64,000 nt of DNA from the NCBI GenBank assembly GCA_025594325.1, contig JANHCV010000003.1:1302001-1366000 (forward strand), in the 5' to 3' direction. The first letter of the stretch is position 1. Every line of letters starts with the position of its first letter. A program made the position numbers and the translations under genes. This stretch comes from Blastocladiella emersonii ATCC 22665. Lineage: Eukaryota; Fungi; Blastocladiomycota. The notes under the pieces are model-generated. The model did not search any database, had not been told where the DNA came from, and saw nothing but the letters and a program-made list of their open reading frames with translations. This document shows, piece after piece, positions 1 to 11,156 of this stretch.

Positions 1-113
1 GCGAGTACAACGCCTCGTCGTAAGCTGTCCCACCCTCACCCTTTTGCTCTGCTTCTGTATCCTTGTTTTTGCCCACCATAATGCACGCTTGTTTCTATTC
101 ATCACCATCACCA

Positions 114-3100
114 TCACCCCCGCGTCTCTGCCGCCGCGCTCTCAAAGAACCCGTTGAAGTCGAGCCGCACCAGCAGCGCATCGAGCCCAGCCCCCTCCTC
201 CTTGGCGGCCGCATACACGCCCGCGGCGCCGCCGCTCTTGGCCTCGAGGGACCGCAGGATCCGCGCCGTCGATCCGGCGTACTGGCGGAACGTCGTCGCG
301 AGCTCGTCGATCTGCGCGTGCACGTCCGCGAGCCGGGCGGCCATCCCCTCGAGTCCCGGCACGAGATCTTCCGCGACGCGCACCGCGGCGTGCCCCTGCC
401 GCGCGAGGGCGCCCGGGAGGAGCGAGGTCAGGTACTTTGCGCGCAGGTGCGCGTACTGCTGCGCGACGTGCTGGACGGTGAGTGCGGTGCGCAGCTGCGC
501 GTTGAAGGCGGCCTGCAGGTTCGCCTGGCGCCGGCGCAGGAAGCACCGGAACAGGATCCCGTCGAGGGCGCGGTCGTGCAGGTCGTGCAGGGCGCGGACC
601 GAGGCGAGCGGCGCCGCGGCGAGGCGGTCGGCGAGGGTCTCGTCGGTGTCGGCGGTCGCGACGCCCGCGACGCCGTTGGCCGCATCCCGCAATACGGCCT
701 GCATGGCGCGCCACGACTCGCCGACGGCCGCATCGGCGGCGTACCCCCAGTAGGCCGCGGCCGTGTGCTGGGCCTCGATGCGGAACGCGCCGAGGCGCGC
801 GTCGATGGCGGCGATGTGCGCGTGGATCGCGGTGAGTGTCGCGGCGACGGTGGACGGGAGCGGCGTGATGGCGGGCGGCGGGCGGTGCTGCTGGCGCAAG
901 TCGCGCGTGAAGCGGAACAGCGACTTGGCCGTGGCCTCGAGGTACAGCACGCGCAGGAGGAACTGGAACACGCGGTTGTACTTGGCCAGGACCGTGGGTG
1001 TCACCAGCATCCCGTGCTGCGGCGACCGCGCGGGCATGTCGAGCGAGATCAGGTCGAAGAACTTGGGGTCTACACACGGGACGGAGGTCAGTATTAGGTC
1101 CGCGTCGTCAGCGCAAGACTCAGCGCGTACCGTGCACGTCGCTCGACACGGCGTCGTAGTTGACCGCAAACGAGAGCGCGGGCACGTCGTCGAGGACGCG
1201 CGCGAGGAGGATCCCGAGGTCCTGCCCGCGCTTCGCCGGGTCGAACAGCGCGTCGACGACGTTGGCGCGGAATCCGGCGTCGTCGAGGAGAAAGTACCCG
1301 CGCAGGAGGGCAAACTGCTCGCCGAGCGCCGGGTCCGCGAGGTAGTGCGCGAGCAGCGCGTACTCGGTCAGCTTCAGGTTGGCGGCAAGCGTGCGCCGGA
1401 AGACCTGGTGCGCGAGGGCGAACGGCATCGTCGTGGGCGAGATGGTCGACAGGAGGTCTTCGTCTTCGTCGTCGGCGGCCGACTGTTTGGTCGTATCCGC
1501 TGCAGTCTCGCTGGTACTGGTGGTCGGCGGCGCGTCGGAGCGGAACGAGATCAGCCCAGACGGCTCGGCGCCGCCGTTCCACGCAAACTGGCTCGCGGCC
1601 GCGCTGAGTTCCGAGGCGCCCATGGGGTCGAGGCCGAGCGAGCTGGCCGAGATGTCGATGAACGTGTCGCTTGTGGCGGCGGGTTCGGGTGCAGGAGCGG
1701 GAGCGGGAGCGGATGCGTCTGCATCGACGTCCATGGGCGCAACGGAGGACCGGCCGTCGTCGCTGGCCGCCGCCACGGTGTCCACGTCCATGACCTCGGA
1801 CTCCGTTTCCGCCGCAGGTTCGAGGACACCGACTGGCGACGGACGGACGCTCGGCGAGGGCGGCATCGGCACAGCTGGCGAAGCAATCGACATGGCCGAC
1901 ATCGCCGCCTCGACCGCGTCCTCCGCCTCCTCCGCAGCACCGTCGACGGACATGACCGACGGCGACGACGGCGCGTCCTCGACCCCCGCCACCACGCCCT
2001 CGTCCCGCCGCACAATCCCACGTCGCACCGGCTGCAGCGCGAGCCGCTTGCGTCGCCACGCGATCCGCTCCACCTCCTTCCTTGCCGCCGCGATCTTGGC
2101 CTCGTACTCGGCGAGCAGCCGCGCCTTCTCCGCCTCAACGAGCCGCGCCCACCGCTCAGCGCTCTGGAGGTGCGCGCGAATGCGGTGCACCTCAGCGATC
2201 CCCTCACGGGCAGCGGCCTCGTCCGCGAGCGCCTTCCGCTCAGCAGCAAACGCCTGCAGCTCAGCGAGAAGTTTCCGCTTCCGCTCAGCGTTCGCGCGCG
2301 CCGACGCCTGCGCCGCGGCGTGCCACCGCCGCTCGTGTGCGGCGCGGCGCGCGGCGCCCGCGTCGGCGATCTGTGCGGCGTGGCCGGCGGCGGACGCGCG
2401 GGCCTCGGCGATCCGGCGTGCCGAGTCCGCAAGCGACGCGCGGACGACGCTGGCGTGCTGCGCGCGGACGTCGTCGACGCGGGCGAGCTGCGGGAACGTG
2501 CGGGGCCACGCGAGGTCGGCGAGCCACGCGGTGAGGCCGGGCGGGACGCCGGGGAGGGTGCTGGCGACGCGCTGGATGTCCGTGGCGGCGAGGAAGGCGG
2601 CGGGCGGGAACAGGTGGAGCTGCGCGGCGCGGGTGGCGTGAGGCTGGAATCCCGTGGTCCAGAACGACGACTCGGGAGAGCGTGGGTCGTACGGCGCAGT
2701 CCAGACGACGGGGAACTCGCGGTACGGGTCGGACACCTCGGCGAGGAGCGACGCGGTGCGGCCGGCGCTCGGCTCGCGCGACGCGGCGAACTGGCGCAGC
2801 CAGTGCATGAGCGGGGCGACGAGCCGCGCGAGCGTGTGCTGGGCCCACCAGACGAAGGCGGTCGCGGGCGGCGCGTCGACGAGGTTGGCCGCCGGCGAGC
2901 CGGCAGCGGGCGCCGGCGAGTGCAGGAGATCGGTCGCCTGCACCGCGCGCACAAAGTAGTCGACGAGCGCGCTACCCTCGGCGGGCAGCTGGTACAGCTT
3001 CTTAGGCGTCGACCGGACCGCGCCCGCGATGCGGGCCAGCAGCTGCTCGACGCCCGCGAGCCGGACAAACATCTGGCGGAGCCCGAGCTTCTCGCCGCGC

Positions 3101-5208
3101 AGCGCGAGGATATCCGCGCGGACCGCGTCGACGACCTCGTCGAGCGACTGCGCGAGGGCGCACCCGAAGAACCCGACGTTCCGCACGTTGCGGCGGAGGT
3201 CGGTGGCCGCGAGCTCGAGGCGGCGGAGGACCGACGCGATGGCGATGAACCGGTCGAGCATGCACTGGACGATCCCGAGCGAGAAGCCGGCAACGCGGGG
3301 CGGGCCGCCGGACTCGGCGCGGAACCCGAACTCGAGCGTGCGCGGGGCAAAGTCCTCGCCCGAGATCCGCTCGGGCATGCTGGGCGTCTCCATCCACCGG
3401 AACGTCGGGCTCTCGATCCCGGCGAGGAGCTGGTGGACGTGGCGCACGAGCACGTCCCCGTCAAGCGCGGGGCCCGCGGTGCGCGACGGGTCGACGGCGG
3501 GGTCGGCGAAGAAGCGGCGGTACAGGGCGTCGTGGACCGCGGGGCTCGCTTCCGTGAGGAACGGCGAGACGAGGTCGTTGGGCCCAAAGTACGACAGCGG
3601 CGGCTGGATCGGGATCGCGGGCTGGTCGGTCGTCGTGGCGAGCCGGCCGACGGCTTCCCACGTCAGCAGCGGGCGGCGCGTCGCGTCGGTCGTGCCGGGC
3701 CGCCCGGCGTCGAGCCACTGCGCGAGATCGATGCTCTCGGGGGTCCCGAGGTCGCCGCCGGGCTGCGGGACCAGCGACGAGTTGTGCCCGAGCTCCCACG
3801 TCTCGGTCGACGTCGCTGTCGCGTCAGGCGCGCCGCCGCCGCTCGGGGGTGGTGGCGGGAGCGAGGGCGCGGAGAAGGAGGTTCCGAGCCACGACAAATG
3901 GCTGGGTGGAACCCCCGAGAACGATGAGGACGACCACGACGGGTCCGACGGTGGTCCGCCACCTCCACCGCCCCCACCCGGCGTGGCAGCGTAGCCGGGC
4001 GGCGCCGGCGGGAGCCAGTCGAGCAGGTCGGGCGGCGGCGCGTCCTCGGCGATCGTCGGGAGAAAGATACGCGCGTCGACGGGCGGGAACCCGGGCATCC
4101 CAATCGCGGGGTTCGGTTCGCCCGGGATCGACGACCCGACGGCGGGGCGCATCATGGACGCGACACCACCCCCCGCGGCGGGCTGGCCGATCGGCGGGAG
4201 GTCGAGGCTGGCGAGGGTCCCGTCCCACACCTGGCGCGACAGGTCTGACGACGCATCCCCCTGCGCCTGCGCCCGAGCTCCACTTTCGTCAAACCGCGAC
4301 TCGACGGCGGCGTAGGTCCCGGGCGAGTACACGACACGCCACGGGTCGCCCGCAAGGGCGCCCGCCAAGCTCGGGTTCTGCGCGGCGTATGTGTAGTCGA
4401 CGAGCCCCGCGCCAATCGCCGCTGCCGGGTCGAGCGGCGCGTGGAGCGGGGGCGGGATGAGGTCGGGCGCCATGGCGGGCTGTGCGGGGCGCGGGCGGGC
4501 GACGGCGAGGAGCAGGTGCATGACGGCGCGCAGGGTCTCCTGGGCGACGCCGTGGACGGGGACGCCGAACGCGAAACCCGCGGCGACGGTCGACTGCACG
4601 GCGAACCCGGTGCGCGCCATGCTGATGAGCTGGTGCTCGGTGCACGGGAACGCGAGGGCGAGGGCGAGGGTGCCCGCGCTCGCGCCCGCGGGTGCTGATC
4701 GCGTGCGTTTCTCGACGCGGCGCGCGATCCACGCGGTGCGGTTCTCGAGCTGCCTTGCGGCGTCCTCGTGCCCGTATTCGATGCGCATGGTGAGGAGCGC
4801 CGCGGCGAGGCGGTCCTCGACGTCGGCGGGCGTCACGTTGCTTGCGGCTTTCAGGGGCGAGGTGATGGAGGTCTCGAGCAGCGTCGTCATGGCGCGCGCG
4901 ACGCGGCCGCGCAGGCGGCCGGACCCGGGGGCGGGCGCGGCATCGTTCCACCACTCGCCCGACGCGGTGGAGAGGCGCGTCAGGGTCGGGCGGTCAGCGA
5001 GCGCGTCAGGGGCGGCGTCGGGGGTGGGGGAGAGGCGGCGGACGAGGTCGACGAGTAGGGAGACGACCGAGATGTCGCTCGCGCGCGGTGGCGGTGGTGG
5101 GATGACTGCAGGCGAGGGCGTGAGAACCTGCTCGGAGAAGCCATACGCGAGTGAACGAGCACGCACCCGGATCAGAGGGTAAAGCGGGTTGTTCCATGGC
5201 AGTTGCAT
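114..5208 (-). CDS. Gamma-tubulin complex component (Spc97/Spc98 family, GCP6-like), 2 exons: join(1131..5208,114..1069), ~1677 aa
   Basis: ORFs 1120..5208 and 114..1313 join through a 61-nt GTACGC...GTGTAG intron (1070-1130). GRIP-like segments (QCMLDRFIAIASVLRRLE; LRGYFLLDDAGF; KYNRVFQFLLRV) flank a central coiled-coil (RRAAHERRW...KARLLAEYEAKIAAARKEVERIAWRRKR) typical of GCP6. Confidence 0.8.
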
Positions 5209-5419
5209 GCACTTAGAGATTCATGAAAGGGGGTGAAGATAGCATTGCGCTCAAGTGAAGGTCGGCGCGACCGCGACAAGTCGGCGGCGGCGCAGCCACT
5301 TTGCGTCGCGTCGTCGTCGCCTCCGTCCGCTGATCCTGCCCGTGATGAATAGACAGTACTACGCTAATCGTATTAGAATCACACCACGCTACAACAGGGT
5401 ATCCGTGCACCCGAAGCCT

Positions 5420-6124
5420 TCAGAGCCCCATGACGGCGCCCGCCGCGACGAGCCCCGCGGCCATGGCGCCAGCGAGCGCGGCCGCGGCGCCGCCCTGGTT
5501 CGCGTTCGCGGCGGCGGCGTTGGTGAGGGCGCCCTTGTTGGAAGCCTCGACGTTGCTCGAGTCGATGATGGCCGGGTTGGTGGCCTGCTGGCCGCCGTTG
5601 GACCCGGAGCCCGAGCCGGACGTCTTGGACGCGGCGGTGATGGCCACGGTCGCGTTCGGGTCGGCCTTGACCTTGCCGCACACGAACTGGGCGTTGCACG
5701 TGTCGGCGCACTTCTGGTCGCCGGCCGGGCACGCGTTGACGCACGGCTGCCACTGGTACGTGATGCAGGTGAAGTACGGCTACACGGCGCGCGCGGTGGT
5801 CAGGGTGGTCGCGCGTCGATGGTGGGGCGAGGCGAGAGCGAGCGAGCGTACGATGGTGAGGTCAACCGAGTTGGTAAAGTCGATGCGCGTGCCGTTGCCG
5901 CACACGCAGGCGAAGGCGAGGCTGCCGACGTCGCACACGTTGGTCTGGGTCTTGGCCGCGCAGACGTTCGAGCACATGGCGACTTGGAGCTGGCACCACC
6001 CGACGCGCGTGGCCTTGGCCGTGGCGTTGATCTGGGCCGCCGTCTGCGCCGAGGCGGGCTGCGAGCCGGCCGACAGGATGGCGGCGAGGGCGGCGAGGGT
6101 CGCGAGGGTGACGAACGACTTCAT
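5420..6124 (-). CDS. Small secreted Cys-rich, probably GPI-anchored surface protein (paralog A), join(5852..6124,5420..5779), 210 aa
   Basis: Signal peptide MKSFVTLATLAALAAILSA; 10-Cys domain (WCQLQVAMCSNVC...TIPYFTC...CVNACPAGDQKCADTCNAQFVCG); S/G/N-rich linker; hydrophobic C-terminus; 72-nt GT..AG intron 5780-5851 keeps the frame. Confidence 0.8.
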
Positions 6125-6469
6125 GGTGAATGATGCGTTGCTCAGAGTGTTCGGAGATGCAGGAGAGCGGGAGCAGGGGGAGCGCGGCTGAAGGGTAGCC
6201 CCGTCGCAGTGCGAGCGGATTCACGCACAATAATTCAGCGTCCGCGCAGTGAGAGACAAACGCGTCTCGCACCTGTCACGTTCGCGGAAAACGTGACGGC
6301 GGGGAGTCGATCGCGGGAGACAAGCGACACGGGTGGCGCAAGCGAGAGTGTGTAATAAGCATGCTGTGAAATTCTTTTTCGCTAATTGGGTGCGGAGGAG
6401 GTTGATGATAGTGCAAATGGTGGGAGGGGGGAACAGGAAACACACACAGGAGGAGGTAGAAGAGAAGCT

Positions 6470-7197
6470 TTACAGGAAGGCGACGGCGAGCGAGCCGAGG
6501 ACGACCGAGGCCATGCCGACGGCGGCGCCGACGAGGTTGGTGGTCGCAGCCGTGTTGCCAATGGGGATGACGACGGCGGGCTGGGTGCCCGTGGGCGAGG
6601 CCGAGTCGGCGGTGGCGGTCGGGGTGGCCGAGACGGTGATGTTGGGGTTGGCGACGACGCGGCCGCACTTGAAGCGCTTGCCGCAGTCGTCGTTGCACTT
6701 CTGGTCGCCGGCGGGGCAGGCGCGCACGCACGGCTCGTAGTTGAAGTTGAGGCAGATGAAGAAGGGGATGGTCTGGTCGACGGCGTCGAGGTTGGGCGCG
6801 GTGCCGTTGCTGCAGGTGCACGAGTACTGCAGCGTGTTGAAGTTGCACTGGTTGTCGCGCGTCACCTGGTTGCACACGATGCGGCAGATCTCCACCTGCT
6901 GCCGGCACCACGCCTGCCGCGTGCTGAGCGCCGTCGCGTTAATCTGCTGCGCTGTGGGGAGTGGAGAGTGCGGTGGTGGCGCGGTGAGTCAAGGCGCGGT
7001 TTCAGGGTGGCGCACGCACCGCTGCTGCCCCCGTTGCCGCCGACTCGCCAGCAGTGCATGCACGGCACCACGGCGGACGAGGCAGCAACGGGCGGCAGCA
7101 GCGACGCCGACGGAGAACAGGCCGTACGGGTCTGGGCGGCGGCCGTGGCGGCGAGGGCCAGGACGGCGACCGAGGTGGTGGCGGCAGAGAGCTTCAT
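6470..7197 (-). CDS. Small secreted Cys-rich, probably GPI-anchored surface protein (paralog B), join(7128..7197,6470..6951), 183 aa
   Basis: Signal peptide MKLSAATTSVAVLALAATAAA; same 10-Cys pattern (WCRQQVEICRIVC...TIPFFIC...CVRACPAGDQKCNDDCGKRFKCG); T-rich linker; hydrophobic tail; 176-nt intron 6952-7127. Confidence 0.8.
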
Positions 7198-8110
7198 GGC
7201 AGTGTGTGCGGGGGGAGATGCAGGCGAGACCGAACGCAGCAAGGCCGTTGCTGCAAGTGCAAGTTGATTCTTTTGGGTGGTGAGACCGTCTCGGTTGCGG
7301 GAGGAGAGAGAGCGGGGGAGGGGAGGGGGCTCGGCCGCCACCCGTGGTCGCCGGTCTCGGCCGCGGTGATGAACCACCGGGCTGCCAGGTTTTCACCCCA
7401 CGCTCTCCCCTCTGCCCCCCACGCTCGCTCGCTTCTTGGCGAACGCCGCAGCCAGCACCGGGAACACCTCCCGCAGCGTCCGCCAAGCGCACCGCACCGC
7501 TGCGTGCCGCTGCGGGGGTTCCCACCGGGATCCTGCTCGGGACCCGCTCCCGAGACCACTCGTCGCGCGGAACGCATCCCGGAGCGCCTCCGCCCGCTGG
7601 CGACCACGCGAGGATGAGGACGACGACGGCGCTGAGCCAAACCTTGTCCACACGGATTCGGCGCCGCCGACAAGGTTTGAAGGGAGGAGGGAAGGTCGGC
7701 GGCGCCGCGGTCCCTGCAGCCGGAAGGGCGACGAGGCGCCGCCGCTCACGCGCGAGTGTGTTCGCTGCTTCCGCCTCCGCGTCCCGCTCGGTCGTCCTCG
7801 TCGTCGCGACGGTGGCGGCCGCGTTGATGACGAGCGGAGGATCACGGATCTCGCCACGATCCCGCGCCCGGGCCGAGGCCGTGAATGACTCGCCCCGGCC
7901 GTCGCCGCTGCAGCAATCGCCGCTTCGTCATCTGGCCACTGGCGATGAGCGAGCGGGTGTGCGTGACAGGGTTGGGAACGGCGAACGCGTCGTGTCGGGG
8001 CCGACCTCAACGCGTCGAGCGGGCCCTCAAAACCCGCGCGTCGCCGCCCCCCTCCTCCCCGCTCTCCCCTCCCACACTTAAATGCAATCGTAAAGAAACG
8101 AAACGAAACC

Positions 8111-9643
8111 ATGGTCCTCGACATCCCGCTCCCCACGCGCCTCGGCCCGTTCGACCGCCTGCAGCGCGCCGTGGAGCGTCCGGGCGACCTAGCCGAGGGC
8201 GCGACGCTGCTGCCGCCGCGCGTGCAGGCCGCCATGGCCGCCGTAGCCGACGACGCGCGGGTCCCGCTCGAGCGCCACCGCGACCTGTACTCGCTGCGCC
8301 GCGACGTGACCTTCCTCAACCACGGCAGCTACGGGTGCGTGCCCAAGTCGGTGCAGGCCGTGCGCCGCGTGTGGATGGACCTGAGCGAGGAGGAGCCCAT
8401 CGACTTCGGCGCCGAGATCGACACGGCCGTCGCCTGGGCCGAGCGCGAGGTCGCGCAGTTCGTGAACGCGGACCCGCGCGACGTCGTCTTCTGCGCCAAC
8501 GCGTCGACGGGGACCAACATCGTGCTCAAGTCGCTGAACCTCGGGCCCGCCGACACGATTCTGCGCATCAGCCTCGCGTACCCGGCCGTCACCTCGACCA
8601 TCGCGCACCTCGTCGCGACCACGGGCGTCAAGTCGTTCGAGCTGTCGATCCCGCTGCCCACTACCAAGGCCGCCATCGTGCGCCGCTTCGAGGAGTACTT
8701 CCGCACCTCGTGCGCGACGCCAACCATCGCCGTCTTCGACCACATCACCAGCGCCACGGGGCTCGTGCTGCCCGTCGCCGAGCTCGTCGCCATCTGCCGC
8801 ACGCACGGCGTGCTGTCGCTGATCGACGGCGCGCACGCCGTCGGCCAGGTGCCCGTCGACCTGCGCGCCATGGACCCCGACTTCTACGTCTCCAACTGCC
8901 ACAAGTGGCTGTTCGCGCCGCGCGGGTGCGCCTTCCTGTACACCAAGCGCCAGTGGCACCCGCGCATCTTCCACGTCGTGACGTCGTACGGGCTCGGCAA
9001 GGGGTACCAGGCCGAGGGCTTCTGGCCGGGGACGTTTGACCCGAGCTGCCTCCTGTCGGCGCCCGCGGGCATCGCCTTCTTCCGCCACGTCCTCGGCGGG
9101 TCCGTCGCGCGCAACCACCTGCTCGCCGTCCGGACCGCCAAGTTCCTCGCCGCGGCGCTCGAGGGCACGCTGCTCGTCGACCAGTGGGACGCCGAGGCGC
9201 CGCACCTGATCGGTACCCTCGCCACGGTCCTGCTGCCGCGCCTGACGCCCGGGTCCGCGACGGCCGACGCCGTGATCCGCCGCGTCGACCCGGCGGCGTA
9301 CGCGGCCGGCCGCACCGCGCCCGCCATGGTGTTTGACACGCTGCACCCGGCGTCCATCGACTACCCTCCCGCCACCGCCGGCGCGGGCAACGCGGACCTG
9401 ACGGCGGCCGACATTGCCGTGGCGCTGCACGACATGCTGCGGACGCGGTACGCGATCGAGTGCTGGTGCAACTCGGTCGACGGCGTGCCGCTGCTGCGCA
9501 TCAGCGTGCAGTCGTACAACCAGGCCCACGAGTACGTGGCCCTGGCGCGCGCGGTTGCCGAGATTACGGGGATCGGCGGCGTCGACCGCGGCCTCATCAA
9601 GGAGTACCTCGCCGACTCGGAGCGGCTGGCCGCCAAGCTGTAA
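8111..9643 (+). CDS. PLP-dependent class V aminotransferase; hercynylcysteine sulfoxide lyase (Egt2)/L-cysteine desulfhydrase-like, 510 aa, intronless
   Basis: Motifs FLNHGSYG, DHITS, DGAHAVGQ and SNCHKWL (PLP lysine), plus RISVQSYN. These fit the Egt2/isopenicillin N epimerase subfamily; the substrate cannot be determined from motifs. Confidence 0.85.
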   Translation: MVLDIPLPTRLGPFDRLQRAVERPGDLAEGATLLPPRVQAAMAAVADDARVPLERHRDLYSLRRDVTFLNHGSYGCVPKSVQAVRRVWMDLSEEEPIDFGAEIDTAVAWAEREVAQFVNADPRDVVFCANASTGTNIVLKSLNLGPADTILRISLAYPAVTSTIAHLVATTGVKSFELSIPLPTTKAAIVRRFEEYFRTSCATPTIAVFDHITSATGLVLPVAELVAICRTHGVLSLIDGAHAVGQVPVDLRAMDPDFYVSNCHKWLFAPRGCAFLYTKRQWHPRIFHVVTSYGLGKGYQAEGFWPGTFDPSCLLSAPAGIAFFRHVLGGSVARNHLLAVRTAKFLAAALEGTLLVDQWDAEAPHLIGTLATVLLPRLTPGSATADAVIRRVDPAAYAAGRTAPAMVFDTLHPASIDYPPATAGAGNADLTAADIAVALHDMLRTRYAIECWCNSVDGVPLLRISVQSYNQAHEYVALARAVAEITGIGGVDRGLIKEYLADSERLAAKL

Positions 9644-9700
9644 AGCATGTAAATGTAAGATCGTGTTGCACATGTGTTTGTTTGTTTCCCAAAAAAAACC

Positions 9701-10969
9701 TCAGGAGCCCGACGTGTACATGTAGACGTGCTCCCACAGCGGCTGGTAGTCGCGCACGATGCCCGCGAACAGGCGCAGCAGCGGCTTGTTCTCGAGCGAC
9801 GAGCAGAACGAGTCGAGCGCGTGCCTACACGTCAAGGCGTCAGTATCGCCATCACCCGCCGAGATAACAAGGAAAACGTACTTTGTGAACTGGTCGTACA
9901 CGGGCCCGCGCAGGAGGTAGAAGAGGAACAGGTACTTTCGCCGCTCGACCTCGCCGCGCTCGAGCCCCGTCATCTCCTTCCCCTTCGCCGCCACACCACC
10001 CTCCTTCCCCGCGACGAGCAGGTACGCGAGCACCTCGGCGACGACCGACACGGCGACGGGGATCCACGACTGGCGGCCGTACTTGCGCAGCAGGACCACG
10101 TACAGGAGCGGGCGCAGGACGAACAGCACCTCGCCCGCGGCACGGCTCCCGCGCAGCACCGACAGCAGGTCGGCCGGCGACCGGAACGCGTTGCGCACTG
10201 CCTTGGCCGCCAGGTACCGCTCCCACAGCGGCGCTGCCGACGCGCTGCCCATGGCGGCGGCCGGCGGGAGCACGACGCCGGTCCGCGGGCCCTTGAACGC
10301 GGCGGCGCGCGGGTCCGAGGCCGCGGCACGGTCCTGCGCCGCGTGCTCGAGCGCGGCGCCGACTTGCGCTGGGTCCAGGTCCCGCTCGGGCGACGCGGGG
10401 GTCAGCGTCAGCCGCTGCGTGCGCGCGACGATGATGAGGCGGAGCGCGGCTCTACACTCGGATGACGGGACGGGTCAGCTTCCCGCTTCCACACACGCGG
10501 TGCATCCCGAACGCACTTGAGCGCCTCGATCCCGGCCACGACATCCCAGCGCCGGCGCTCGGACCACCGTTTCGCGGCGGCCATCTCGCACACGCTCTCG
10601 ACGGTCTGGACGAGCGTGAGCGCCGTGGACGCGTAGTGGACCGCGGGCGAGGCCGCGTGCCAGTACCGGTGGTACTGGTTGACGAGCGCCGGCTTGTGGT
10701 CGATGCCCGCCCCGCGCACCGCGTCGTACAGCACGCGGTCGTGGTACAGCGACACGAGGTTGACGACCGCATACACTGTTGGGATAGGGGGTGAGAGTGC
10801 GGGAGAGGGTGTAGGAGCAGGACGCCGGCGTACGGGCTTCCGAGGCCAGGTCGGCGTCGGCGAACCGGCCGGGCAGAAAGTACGACAGCGACCGCAGCGC
10901 GCTCTCGACCGAGCTGATCTGCGCCGCGTTGTGCAGCAGGAACTCGCGGTACGCGGCGAGCGGGGACAT
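9701..10969 (-). CDS. PEX16: Peroxisomal membrane biogenesis protein Pex16 (multi-exon)
   Basis: YREFLLHNAAQISSVESALRSLSYFLPGRFADADLASE; YHDRVL; IEALK; GEVLFVLRPLLY; ERRKYLFLFYLLRGPVYDQFTK; GIVRDYQPLWEHVYMYTS, spread over 4 exons with GT-AG introns. Confidence 0.9.
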
Positions 10970-11156
10970 GGCGAGTTTCGTGTGCGCCTCGAGCGACTTT
11001 TGCGTGGGAGGAAGAGAGAGAGGGAGAGGGAGCGGGCCGACCGCATGTTCTTCGTGTGGCGATCGCTTCGTCAACCGGGCCCCACCGTGACATCATCCCA
11101 AAACTGCGTGTATGAGATCTTTCACACTCTCGCACGTGCGCATAGCCATCGCGCTC

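Noticed and set aside
1-23. Possible 3' end of a + strand gene (...EYNASS*)
   Set aside because: Too little sequence to support a call.
763-3927. Very long antisense/alternate-frame ORFs (also 27778-29196, 31004-33124, 35641-38175, 40174-42288 and others)
   Set aside because: Shadow ORFs expected from extreme GC3 bias opposite real genes; Arg/Gly/Ala-rich with no recognisable domains.
8111-9643. Ergothioneine or secondary-metabolite cluster around the Egt2-like gene
   Set aside because: No Egt1, NRPS/PKS or tailoring genes are nearby; the neighbours are housekeeping or surface-protein genes.
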